The notes below the pieces were generated by a model, which ran no database searches, was not told where the DNA came from, and saw nothing but the letters and a program-made list of their open reading frames with translations. A stretch of DNA of 64,000 nt from Armatimonadota bacterium (GTDB lineage Bacteria; Armatimonadota; Fimbriimonadia; Fimbriimonadales; GBS-DC). The stretch lies in NCBI GenBank assembly GCA_037444405.1, contig JBBIML010000011.1, positions 96,653 through 160,652 of the forward strand. The letters are read 5' to 3'. The position numbers and the translations under genes were made by a program. Shown here piece by piece: positions 1 to 9,225 of the stretch; within the stretch, counting starts at the first letter, position 1; every line of letters begins with the position of its first letter.

Positions 1-251
1 AGGCGATGGCGTGCGGGCTGCCCGTGGTCGCCAGCCGAATCCCGCCGCTGGAACGGCTCATCAAGCACGAGGTGAACGGGCTGCTGGTGCCGCCCGATAA
101 TCCCACCGCGCTGGCGGAAGCCATCCTGCGCATCCTGAACGACCGCGCACTAACAGGCGAGCTGGCAGCGAACGCCCGCGCCACCGCCGACCGATTCGAC
201 ATCCGCCACACCGTCGCCCACACCGCCCGCCTCTATCGGCGCATGCTATAA
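1..251 (+). CDS. Glycosyltransferase family 4 (GT-B), 3' partial
   Basis: EAMACGLPVVAS...NGLLVPPDNPTALAEAI C-terminal GT4 motif; gene begins before the window. Confidence 0.85.
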   Translation, partial: AMACGLPVVASRIPPLERLIKHEVNGLLVPPDNPTALAEAILRILNDRALTGELAANARATADRFDIRHTVAHTARLYRRML

Positions 252-340
252 CTCTGGCAGGAGAGTCGAACCGTGAGTCAAAAATAACCGCTGGCGGACG
301 CAGATGTCCGCCAGCAATCACTAACAGGGAGGTTCTCACT

Positions 341-2665
341 ATGAGACGGTTTCTCGCAGGTGTGATGGGTTTGTTGATTCTCGCGCTAACAAGCAGTCCA
401 GCGCAGCGGATAGAGCTGAGCGTGCGGGGCGAGAAGGTCGTTATCGTGCGCGATTCGTATGGCGTGCCGCATGTGTTCGCCAGCTCGCTCTATGGGCTGC
501 TCTATGGCAACGGCTACGCAATCGCGCAGGATCGGCTCTGGCAGATGGAGCGTTATCGGCGGCAGGCGCGCGGCGAGCTGGCGGAGATTCTGGGTCCATC
601 CGCGCTGGAGCAGGATAAAGCCGCCCGCATCGAAGGCTACACCGAAGAGGAGCTGCAGCGCCAGATCAGCCGCCTTGCGCCTGAACTGCAGGAGATGTTG
701 CAGGCTTACGCCGATGGCGTGAACGCCTGGATCGAGGAGGCGAAGCGCACGGGACAGCTGCCGCCCGGCTATGCGGAGGCGGGCATCGAACCGCGCCCGT
801 GGCGCCCCACCGATACGGCGGCAATCGGCGTGATGATGTCGCGCCGATTCGGTGGACTGCTGGCAGCTGGCGACCTGCGCAACTACACCCTATTGCAATA
901 TCTGCGCCTGCGCAACAAAGAGAACGCCGAAGTGTGGGCGAATGACCTGCTCTGGCTCCAGGACCCCACCTCGCCCACCACCGTGCCGCCCGAAGACAAC
1001 CCGCGCAAGGCGACTCCCCGCGATCCGAAAGCCACCCTGCAGAGCCTTAAGAATCAGGCGGCACGACTGCCCAATATCGGGCTCGATGTGTTGTTGCCCG
1101 CCATGCGCCTGGCATCGGGGCAAGCCCAGATCGAGTTCGCCCATCAGCACGGACTCTACACCCACTTCGGTAGCTATGCGATTGCGATTGCTCCCAGAAA
1201 GTCCGCCACAGGGAACGCGCTGTTTGTGGGCGCGCCGCAGATGGGCTTCAGCCTGCCTCATATTGCCGCTGAGGTACATCTTTCGGGCGCGGGCATCAAC
1301 GCGCTCGGCATGAGCTTTCCGGGCATTCCCGGCATCCTCATCGGCGCGAATGAGCATCTCGCATGGACATTCACCTCCGGGATTGCCGACTTCGCCGACG
1401 CCTTCATCGAGAAGCTGAACCCCGACAATCCCGAAGAGTACTGGTACAGGGGTCAGTGGCGACGCTTTGAAAAGCGCACCGAGACCATTCAGGTCAAAGG
1501 GCGCGAGCCAGTGGAGATGACCGTCTACCGCAGCGTGCATGGACCCGTAATCGCCTTTGATCGGCGCAACAATGTGGCGATTGCGTGGTCGCTCAGCTAC
1601 TGGGATCGGGAGCTGGAGGCGATGAACGCCTACAACGTCATCCTGCGTGCGCGCACGGTCGCCGATTTTGAGCGTGCCTGCTCCCATATCGTCGCCTCGT
1701 TTAACGCCTTCTGTGCCACACAGTCGGGCGACATCGCCTACTTCTACTGCGGTCGTGCGCCGAGCCGCGCCGATGGGGTCGACCCGCGCCTGCCCGTATG
1801 GGGCACGGGCGAATACGACTGGAAAGGCTTCATCCCCTTTGAGCAGATGCCGCGCGTGATCAACCCCCGACGCGGCTTTATTGTGAACTGGAACAACAAG
1901 CCCGCTGTCTGGTGGGAGAACGGCGACACGCCCGCGTGGGGCGCCATCTTCCGCGTGCATCGGCTGATTGAGCTGGCGAACCGCAAGCCCCTGCTGACGC
2001 TGGATGATGTGAAGGCGATGATCACCGATATTGCGATGTACGACGAGGACGCGGCAAAACTCAAGCCTGCGATGCTCGCCATCGTCAAGCGCAACCGCAA
2101 CCTCACGCCCGAAATGCAGCGGGCGATTCAGGTGCTGGAGGCGTGGGATTGCTACGAGCGCGAGGGTAGCATCGGCAAAGCGATCTGGGACGCCTGGCTG
2201 GACGCTGCTCGCACGCGCATCTTCGCCGATGACCTCGGCAACTTCTTTGACCCGAACCTGTTCCGCCTCGCGATTCAGCCCAGCTATATTCTCTACGCGC
2301 TGCAGGGCAACCGCGCCAGCGTGCCGCGCCTGTATGACTACTTTAACGGCAAGCCGAAAGAGGAGGTGCTGGCGATCGCGCTGGCGGACGCGCTGACCCA
2401 GCTGAAGCAGAAGTACGGCGCGAGCATGAGCCAGTGGCGCTACAGTGCGCCGCGCATGAACTGGGGCAGCAACCTGCCTGGTGTGCCCTATACCGACCGC
2501 GGCTCCTATATTCAGGTGATTGAGCTGAGCAACCCGCTCATGGGCGAAAATGTGCTGCCACCCGGTCAAAGTGAAGACCCGCGCTCGCCTCACTTCAGCG
2601 ACCAGCGCGACCTCGCCAGCTGGTGGCTCTTCAAACCGATGCGACTGGACATGAAGGCGCAGTGA
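341..2665 (+). CDS. Penicillin acylase family (peptidase S45) Ntn-hydrolase, secreted
   Basis: Signal peptide, IVRDSYGVPHV, AQDRLWQM, beta-chain Ser in FGSYAIA, NWNNKP, PPGQSE..SPHFSDQ. Confidence 0.92.
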   Translation: MRRFLAGVMGLLILALTSSPAQRIELSVRGEKVVIVRDSYGVPHVFASSLYGLLYGNGYAIAQDRLWQMERYRRQARGELAEILGPSALEQDKAARIEGYTEEELQRQISRLAPELQEMLQAYADGVNAWIEEAKRTGQLPPGYAEAGIEPRPWRPTDTAAIGVMMSRRFGGLLAAGDLRNYTLLQYLRLRNKENAEVWANDLLWLQDPTSPTTVPPEDNPRKATPRDPKATLQSLKNQAARLPNIGLDVLLPAMRLASGQAQIEFAHQHGLYTHFGSYAIAIAPRKSATGNALFVGAPQMGFSLPHIAAEVHLSGAGINALGMSFPGIPGILIGANEHLAWTFTSGIADFADAFIEKLNPDNPEEYWYRGQWRRFEKRTETIQVKGREPVEMTVYRSVHGPVIAFDRRNNVAIAWSLSYWDRELEAMNAYNVILRARTVADFERACSHIVASFNAFCATQSGDIAYFYCGRAPSRADGVDPRLPVWGTGEYDWKGFIPFEQMPRVINPRRGFIVNWNNKPAVWWENGDTPAWGAIFRVHRLIELANRKPLLTLDDVKAMITDIAMYDEDAAKLKPAMLAIVKRNRNLTPEMQRAIQVLEAWDCYEREGSIGKAIWDAWLDAARTRIFADDLGNFFDPNLFRLAIQPSYILYALQGNRASVPRLYDYFNGKPKEEVLAIALADALTQLKQKYGASMSQWRYSAPRMNWGSNLPGVPYTDRGSYIQVIELSNPLMGENVLPPGQSEDPRSPHFSDQRDLASWWLFKPMRLDMKAQ

Positions 2666-2668
2666 AAG

Positions 2669-2706
2669 CAACCTCCCTTGCCAGCTCAGGCTGGCAAGGG
2701 AGGTTG
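2669..2706. terminator. 17-bp perfect hairpin between convergent genes
   Basis: caacctcccttgccagc-tcag-gctggcaagggaggttg. Confidence 0.7.
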
Positions 2707-2720
2707 TGAGTATTCACATT

Positions 2721-3650
2721 TTACTCGTACGCCGAGTTCGGACAGGGTGGATAAAGGTTGTTGGCGGAACCACACTGGCAGTTCAGCACATTGGCAATTG
2801 CGGTTTCGGGAATCCCGAAAAAGTCCCCAAAGCAGTTATTATGAGGATTCACGGTATTGAACTCAGCTTCGGTTCTTGGCACACGCCGCGGGTTATCGAA
2901 ACCGGGCGGGTAGTGGAAGCCATAGTAGAACTGATTTTGCGAGCGGAGCGGGCAAGAAGTTCGGGTGGCAGGGGGGCTTATGAGACGCCCACCGTTTGGG
3001 ATGCCCAGGTGGTAAGACCACTTCACATGCCCATCCGCATAGACGAGATTGGACCCCAGTGTATGGCGCGGCCAGATGTCGATCTTGAACCAGTATTCAA
3101 ACCAGTAGGTGCCCGCGTTGTAGTACCAGTAACCATCCACAATGGCAATTGTTTCTGCTGGGCGTGGTACCGCAGATTCACTCATCGGCGGGCTGTATCG
3201 CTTGTAAGCCACATTCGATCGGCAGAAGTCGAAGTTCAGCAGTCCGTAGTTGGGCACATAGGCGAAGTAGCGGAAGTTGCGAGCCGACTGATAGCCTCTA
3301 TGGGCAAGTCGCGCCTGCCAATCCATGCCACCATTTGGACCAGGATAGCTGGGGCAGGTGTAGATGTCGGGGCCTTTCACATAGGGATGGATCAGATCAA
3401 GCAGGTGATAGACCACAGGACCAACTCCGTAGACGCCCCGTGGGTAATACCCATCATAGTCGGTGCTGTATGCCAGGACAGCTGCGGATAGCTGCCGCAG
3501 ATTGCTCAAGCACACCGTTTGCCGTCCCTTCTCGCGCGCCTGTGCGAACACGGGGAACAGAATCGCCGCCAGAATGGCGATGATGGCGATCACCACCAGC
3601 AGTTCGATCAGCGTAAAGCCGTTGCGAATGCGCATTTTTCGCCTCCTCAC
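2721..3650 (-). CDS. Prepilin-type N-terminal cleavage/methylation protein with H-X9-DG domain (DUF1559-like)
   Basis: [47 protein letters not shown]; Cys-rich C-terminus. Confidence 0.92.
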   Translation of the reverse strand: MRRRKMRIRNGFTLIELLVVIAIIAILAAILFPVFAQAREKGRQTVCLSNLRQLSAAVLAYSTDYDGYYPRGVYGVGPVVYHLLDLIHPYVKGPDIYTCPSYPGPNGGMDWQARLAHRGYQSARNFRYFAYVPNYGLLNFDFCRSNVAYKRYSPPMSESAVPRPAETIAIVDGYWYYNAGTYWFEYWFKIDIWPRHTLGSNLVYADGHVKWSYHLGIPNGGRLISPPATRTSCPLRSQNQFYYGFHYPPGFDNPRRVPRTEAEFNTVNPHNNCFGDFFGIPETAIANVLNCQCGSANNLYPPCPNSAYE

Positions 3651-3833
3651 ATTCTATTATACACCATCACAACATCGATTGCAAGTGTCGCGTAGGCATC
3701 TGAAAAAAGCGCGCTTTTCGACCGCGCTTCCGGTCTCCCCTCTACATTCGTGATGTGGGAGGTAGAGTGCCTGGAAGAGATAGTGGAACCGCCGGGTGTC
3801 GCTTTTCGTTCCTCCCTTATTAGGAGGTTCGAA

Positions 3834-4881
3834 ATGGGAGCAAAACTTGCTGCACGAATGATGGCTGTGGTGGTTCTGACGCTGATGGGGAGCGCGATGG
3901 TGAGGCTGTCCCATGCCGACCTTGCTGGTTAACAGTCGCCAGACCCATCAGATTCTGCGCTTTGACGAGCGCACGGGCGCGTTGCTGGGCGTGTTCGCTG
4001 CGGGAGGGCTTCTTAACCGCCCGGAAGGGTTCACCTTCGGGCCGGATGGGAACCTCTATGTTGCCAGCAACGACCCCGATAGCGTGCTGCGTTTCGATGG
4101 CGCGACGGGCGCCTTTCTCGGCGTGTTTATCCCGGAAGGGCTGGGCGGAATGACCGATCCCGGCTCGCTGGTGTTTGGACCCGATGGCAACCTTTATGTT
4201 GCCGATGAGCAGCTGAACGCGATTCTACGCTTCGATGGGCACACGGGCGCGTTCATCGATTCACCTGTACCCGCTAACAGCGGCGGGCTGATGCATCCCG
4301 CCGACATGGTGTTCGGACCCGATGGCAACCTTTATGTCGCCAGTCGCGACACCAACAACATCCTGCGCTACAGCAGGAGCGACGGCGCGTTCATGGGTGT
4401 GTTCGTGCCCGCTGGGCGGGGTGGACTGGATCGTCCCGAGGGGCTTATCTTCGGAACTGACAACCGCCTCTATGTGAGCAGCTCCCGCACGAACCAGGTG
4501 CTGCGTTACGACAGGGATGGCAACTTCGTGGGCGTCTTCGCTGTTGGGCTGGATGACCCGAACGCGCTTCGCTTCGGACCCGATGGCAACCTCTATGTGG
4601 TCGACGCCGATTTGAACGCGGTGCTGCGCTTCAACGGCACATCGGGCGCTGCGATGGGCGTGTTCGCCAGCAGCGGGCTGTCCGAGCCGACCCATCTGGC
4701 GTTCACCCCGCGAAACGGCGATGTCAACAGCGATGGCTGCGTGGATGATGCCGACCTACTCACCGTGCTGTTCGAGTACGGAAGGCTGGGCACCGGGCAA
4801 CGGGCGGATATGAACCACGATAGCGTGGTGGATGACGCCGACCTGTTGATTGTGCTGTTCCATTTCGGTCGGGGCTGCTGA
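3834..4881 (+). pseudogene. NHL/Vgb-like beta-propeller with C-terminal dockerin-like domain; signal peptide out of frame
   Basis: Repeated FGPDGNLYV blades; GDVNSDGCVDDADLL tail; SD aggaggt plus ATG 3834 encode a signal peptide that stops at 3932; body ORF is 3913-4881. Confidence 0.7.
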
Positions 4882-4931
4882 GACTCGCGCTTTTAACCCC
4901 GACCCCGGCGGAATGGATGCCTGCAAGCTCG

Positions 4932-4961
4932 ATCCCCTCTCCCACAGTGTGGGGGAGGGGA
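4932..4961. terminator. GC-rich hairpin (terminator or REP-like)
   Basis: tcccctctcccac...gtgggggagggga after the NHL gene. Confidence 0.45.
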
Positions 4962-5124
4962 AAATGCTCGCAGCAGGAATCGGCTCCTGGCGGCTCGAAA
5001 ACAAATCCCAGCGAACTTCAGGAGGTGGGCTGTGAGGCTGAAGTGGATGGTGTTGGAGAGGTGGCTGGGCGCATCCTGCTGACATGCTATAATTCGAGTG
5101 GCGGCTGTTGCAGGAGGTGAGCTG

Positions 5125-5904
5125 ATGCCGCTCGACTTCCGTTCCGTAGATGAAGATGAGGGCTTTTCGATGAGGCGCTTTTTGAAGACGGTGGGGTTCG
5201 GCGTGGCGGTCTTTCTGGTGTTTCTGGCGCTGGGCTACTATGTGATTGGACCGCGCCTGACTTTCACGCCCGAAGGCACCCCGAAGCTGCGCTGGCGAGC
5301 GGATACGGGAGCTGCTGATTCAAGCCGTCAACCGCCGCCGATGCCGAAGGTGGAGGTGTATGAGAAGCTGCCCGCCGATGTGGTGGCGTCGACAGGCGCG
5401 GAGATTGGCGCGCGCGAGGTCGCCCCGTTCGATTACGACCGTTTTGTTAAGCGGCGGGAGAAGGTGCGCCAGCAGAAGCGCGCCGAATCGGTGGAGACTC
5501 CTGCGGACGAGGGTGCGCCGTCGGACGAGGAGACCCTGATAGTGCCTGAAGCGGAGCCGGAGCCGCCGCCCGCCGATACACCTGCCGAAACGCCCGCCGA
5601 GCTGCCGGCGGAGCCGCCCGCGCCCCAGCCAGAGCCGAAACCTGCCGCGCCGCCGCCCAGCAGCGGGGAGCAGACGCTCTATCGCGTGCAGGTCGGGGTG
5701 TATGACCAGCGGGAGCGGGCGAACGCGCTGGTGCAAACGCTCAACGCCAGTGGCTTCGCGGCGACCATCGTGCCGTTTCAGGCAGAGGGACGCACGCGCT
5801 ATCGGGTGCAGGTGCTGGTGACGCGCGACCGCGCCAAAGCGGAGCAGGTGAAGCAGCAGCTGGAAAGTCGCGGCTTCCCCGCCTATATCGCGGTGCTGCG
5901 CTGA
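5125..5904 (+). CDS. SPOR domain cell-wall binding protein
   Basis: N-terminal TM, Pro/Glu linker, YRVQVGVY...YRVQV..GFPAYI SPOR repeats. Confidence 0.88.
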   Translation: MPLDFRSVDEDEGFSMRRFLKTVGFGVAVFLVFLALGYYVIGPRLTFTPEGTPKLRWRADTGAADSSRQPPPMPKVEVYEKLPADVVASTGAEIGAREVAPFDYDRFVKRREKVRQQKRAESVETPADEGAPSDEETLIVPEAEPEPPPADTPAETPAELPAEPPAPQPEPKPAAPPPSSGEQTLYRVQVGVYDQRERANALVQTLNASGFAATIVPFQAEGRTRYRVQVLVTRDRAKAEQVKQQLESRGFPAYIAVLR

Positions 5905-5905
5905 G

Positions 5906-6811
5906 TTAGCCGTCAGGCACCATGTAGTGCTGATGGGCGAGGGTGCGCAGTTTTTCGATGGCGCGCTTCTCCAGCTGGCGAACCCGCTCGCGCGAGAGAC
6001 GCGCTTTGCAACCGGGCGGTATCTCGCTGACCTCCAGTCCCAGCCAGCGATGGATTGCCCAGCACTCGCGCGGCGTCAGGTGCTTCCGCGCCAGCTCCAG
6101 CAGCTCCCAGAGCCAGAGGCGATAGAACGCCACCGTCTCCGGGTCCTCCTCTTCCGGGTTGGCAATTAATGCGCCCAGTGGGGCGTCCTGCTCGTCGTCG
6201 ACTTTCTGCTCCAGCGACAGGTGGCTTTGCGTGTATTTGAGCAGGCGGTGAACCTTGCTAACCGGCATGCCCAGATAGGCGGCAATCTGTTCCGGGGTCG
6301 GCTCCATGCCGTGTTGCAGGCGTAGCTCCACGCGAGCCCGCTCGATGCGGCGCAGGGTGTCGACGGCGTGGTTCGGCAGGCGGATCAGACCCGCCTGTGA
6401 ATCGGCGGCGCGCCCAATCGCCTGACGAATCCAGTGGATGGCATAGGTGCTGAAGCGCAGCCCGCGACTGGTGTCGAAGTGGTTGATAGCTTTGATCAGC
6501 CCGAGAGCGCCCTCCTGCACGAGGTCTTCCAGGGGCAAGCCAGGGCGCGCATAGCGGCGGGCGACGCTCAGCACCAGGCGCAGATTGCTCTCGACGAGTC
6601 GGTTGCGGGCGTCTTCGTCTCCTGCCTGGGCGCGCTGGAGCAGCTCCATCTCTTCTTCGGGGGTTAGCAGTGGTCGGCGCAGGACAGAACCCAGCACGCC
6701 ATCCAGCACGCTGCCGCGCAGCCCCTGCTCCAGCCCCTCATCTGGCTCCAGATAATCATCTACCAACGGCTCCTCTTCCGCATAAAGGCGCTGTGATGCG
6801 AACATTCCCAT
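5906..6811 (-). CDS. Alternative sigma70 factor (RpoD/RpoS-like, no region 1.1)
   Basis: LLTPEEE, NLRLVLSVARRY, DLVQEGALGLIKA, RFSTYAIHWIRQAI, SRERVRQLE. Confidence 0.92.
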   Translation of the reverse strand: MGMFASQRLYAEEEPLVDDYLEPDEGLEQGLRGSVLDGVLGSVLRRPLLTPEEEMELLQRAQAGDEDARNRLVESNLRLVLSVARRYARPGLPLEDLVQEGALGLIKAINHFDTSRGLRFSTYAIHWIRQAIGRAADSQAGLIRLPNHAVDTLRRIERARVELRLQHGMEPTPEQIAAYLGMPVSKVHRLLKYTQSHLSLEQKVDDEQDAPLGALIANPEEEDPETVAFYRLWLWELLELARKHLTPRECWAIHRWLGLEVSEIPPGCKARLSRERVRQLEKRAIEKLRTLAHQHYMVPDG

Positions 6812-6831
6812 ACCCCGCTAAAAGGGAGAGC

Positions 6832-6847
6832 AGCAACTTTTGTGCCA
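6832..6847 (-). promoter_or_regulatory. sigma54 (-24/-12) promoter
   Basis: Minus strand TGGCACAAAAGTTGCT = TGGCAC-N5-TTGCT (GG-N10-GC), 20 bp upstream of the sigma gene start. Confidence 0.75.
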
Positions 6848-6891
6848 CAGATGGCTCTATGAGGTGAAGGAGGAGCGCGGTGACCACGCCC

Positions 6892-7812
6892 TTACTCGCG
6901 GGGCATGATGCGCCAGTGCCCTTTCTCCATTCGCGCTGTGTAGCGCGTGCCAATCAGCAGCTGTTGCAGGGCTTCCTCCAGCGTGGCGTCGCGCACATCC
7001 AGCACGACCAGCGGGTTCGCCTCGGAGGGCGCGGGCAGCCACTCAATCGGCGTCTGATAGGTTCTGGCTAACCGGGCCAGTGCAGCGGCGAGGTTCGCCC
7101 GCAGGCGCAGGTCTGCCCGCGCCATCGGCGGATAGCCATCGGGCACAAAGAACGCCCGATGCTGGTCGTCCACCGTCCACCAGAAGGTGGCGGCGTACGG
7201 ATCGGCGGACGCCCGCTGGATGAGTGGCAGTGGGATTTCGACGGTTTTGCCGGGTTGGAGCGTGCCCTGCCAGATGCGTTGCGCGGTGCGGGGCGGGCTA
7301 TCGGGTTCCGATGCGAGCGCGAGCATCGCGCTGGCTTCACGGTTCAGCGCAGCCTGCAGCACGGGTATCCGCTCCCCGCCGCCCACCGACCGCCACTCCA
7401 GACGGATGCCCGCCTCCACAGGGGCAGGGATGACGGTTTCCGGGGAGCGTTTGGGCGGAATGAGATCGAAGCCTGCCATCACACCGCCAGGTCGTGCGCT
7501 GAAGAAGCCCAGCAGGAAGAGCGTGGCAGCGGCGGCGGCAGCGCCCACCCATCGCCAGATCAATCCGCGCTGGCTCTGCATCCGCGCTCGCTGCTGCGCC
7601 CGCACATAGGTGAGGATCCGCGCGTGCAGATCGGGCGGCGCGTCCGGCACAGGGGTCCGCGCCAGCGAGCGCCAGATGCCCTGCCGGAACTGCCACTCCC
7701 GACGGCAACTGGCACACGCGCTCAGGTGCGCCTCCAGCGACTGCATGACCGCAGCGCTCAGCGCACCCTCCAGATAGTCATTCAACAGAGCCTGAACCTG
7801 TTCGCAACGCAT
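6892..7812 (-). CDS. Zinc-binding anti-sigma factor (zf-HC2) with TM and C-terminal STN/FecR-like domain
   Basis: MRCEQV...HLSACASC; TM helix; AALARLARTY...LDVRDATLEEALQQLL. Confidence 0.85.
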   Translation of the reverse strand: MRCEQVQALLNDYLEGALSAAVMQSLEAHLSACASCRREWQFRQGIWRSLARTPVPDAPPDLHARILTYVRAQQRARMQSQRGLIWRWVGAAAAAATLFLLGFFSARPGGVMAGFDLIPPKRSPETVIPAPVEAGIRLEWRSVGGGERIPVLQAALNREASAMLALASEPDSPPRTAQRIWQGTLQPGKTVEIPLPLIQRASADPYAATFWWTVDDQHRAFFVPDGYPPMARADLRLRANLAAALARLARTYQTPIEWLPAPSEANPLVVLDVRDATLEEALQQLLIGTRYTARMEKGHWRIMPRE

Positions 7813-8434
7813 CGGCTGTCTCCGAAGGGTTTGGACGGCTCCCCGACTCAAAAAGTTCCCGATGGGGTTCCAGCAGCTCGCGCAAGGTCGCTCGCGCCCG
7901 ATTCAACCGCGACTTAATTGTGCCCAGCGGCAGCCCCGTGACGGCGGCAATCTCCTCATAGGACAGCTGCTCCTCGTGGAACAGCAGCACCACGATGCGC
8001 TGGTAGTCGGGCAGCTGCTCGATGGCTTCGCGCAGTACACGCTGCCGCTCCTGCTCCAGCAGGTGTTCGTCCAGATCGATGCTTTCATCCGCGATGGGCA
8101 GCTCCAGCGGTTCGTCGTCTTCGTCGGAGGGGATTTCCAGCGGCAGGTGCTGGTGGCGTCGCTCCCGCTTGTAGAAGTCGAAGTAGACATTCTGCACGAT
8201 TCGGTAGAGCCATGTGGTGAGCTGGGCGTCGCCGCGGAAGCGCTTGAGGGCGGTGTACATGCGCAGGAACGCCTCCGCCGTCACATCGGCGGCGTCGTCG
8301 GCGTTATGGGTAAGCCGATAGGCGTGCTGGTAGACCTTCTGCTCGTAGCGGCGCACCAGCTGGTCGAAGGCGGTATCATCGCCCTCTTTGAACCGCTCAA
8401 TGAGCCACTCGTCGCTCAGTTCGAAGCCGTTCAC
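7778..8434 (-). CDS. ECF sigma factor (SigW/RpoE-like)
   Basis: FRGDAQLTTWLYRI; LSYEEIAAVTGLPLGTIKSRLNRAR. Confidence 0.93.
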   Translation of the reverse strand: MNGFELSDEWLIERFKEGDDTAFDQLVRRYEQKVYQHAYRLTHNADDAADVTAEAFLRMYTALKRFRGDAQLTTWLYRIVQNVYFDFYKRERRHQHLPLEIPSDEDDEPLELPIADESIDLDEHLLEQERQRVLREAIEQLPDYQRIVVLLFHEEQLSYEEIAAVTGLPLGTIKSRLNRARATLRELLEPHRELFESGSRPNPSETADALRTGSGSVE

Positions 8435-8955
8435 ACTCGCGCCTCCGTTTGCTGTGCCTGCTCCATCGCCTGCTGGATGGCGAGGCGTTCCTCGTCCGAT
8501 AGTCCAACGGTGGAGCGCATCCGCTGGATGGGCTTGGCGTAGACGCGCATCTCCTGTCGGCTATGGATGCCGCTCAGCACGATGCCGTCGCCCGCGCGGT
8601 TCAGCAGAGCAATCGCGAAGCTCTGCTGACCGCCAGCATCTGGAAAGGCGTCATACCGCACGACGCCCACCTGCTGGATGCACCCATCGGTTTGACTCTG
8701 CAGCCGTTGCAGATGGTTCCCGTGCGTTTTGAGGGTTTCTTCCATCAGGGAGACCCGTCGCAGCGTTTCATAGAGCAGTCGCTCCAGTGAGTTGCCTTCG
8801 CTGCCCGTGAGCAGGTTGCGCCAGCGTCGCTGGAACGCACGCCAGCGCAGCGTCAGCCACAGGTTCCATACCAGCAATGCCAGCAACACGCCGGTCAGCA
8901 CCAGCGTGGCTTCGGTACTGCCCGCCCAGTCGCGAATCGCCTGCCAGTCCATCAT
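8431..8955 (-). CDS. DUF4446 family membrane protein
   Basis: TM, coiled coil, VGVVRYDAFPDAGGQQSFAIALL...YAKPI. Confidence 0.85.
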   Translation of the reverse strand: MMDWQAIRDWAGSTEATLVLTGVLLALLVWNLWLTLRWRAFQRRWRNLLTGSEGNSLERLLYETLRRVSLMEETLKTHGNHLQRLQSQTDGCIQQVGVVRYDAFPDAGGQQSFAIALLNRAGDGIVLSGIHSRQEMRVYAKPIQRMRSTVGLSDEERLAIQQAMEQAQQTEARV

Positions 8956-9225
8956 CCCGATTCTACCGTTTTCCGGGGTATAATAGGGTTATCCTGCCGT
9001 GCGCGTGATGCCCGAGGTGGGTCGAACCGTCGCCAGAACTGGCAGGGCGTGAGGATCATGCCAAGTGGCAGCGTCGGGTTCGCTCGACGAATCGCGCGGC
9101 TGGTCTCAGCGCCCAAAAGGAACCTGTGGGGTTCGCGACCCCAACGGCACACGGCACGGCGGGGTTTTGTGCAGGAATCGCGACCCCGCCCGCGAAATCG
9201 GCAGGATTATGCAGGAGGGTCGGCT

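Noticed and set aside
890..2671. Long antisense ORFs (also 18057-19364, 35794-37377, 38265-39440, 60561-62045, 62475-63851)
   Set aside because: Shadow frames of well-supported genes in high-GC DNA, with no recognisable motifs.
2704..2719. ttgtgagtattcacat Rex/CRP-like palindrome
   Set aside because: Wrong spacing and located between convergent 3' ends.
4035..4600. Repeated ggacccgatggcaacct(c/t)tatgt units resembling a spaced repeat array
   Set aside because: In-frame NHL blade repeats (FGPDGNLYV), not CRISPR; no cas genes are present.
5500..5660. Pro/Glu/Ala low-complexity repeats
   Set aside because: Ordinary linker of a SPOR protein.
9125..9190. Two tcgcgacccc copies upstream of pilT
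   Set aside because: Short and GC-rich; could arise by chance, and there is no conservation evidence.
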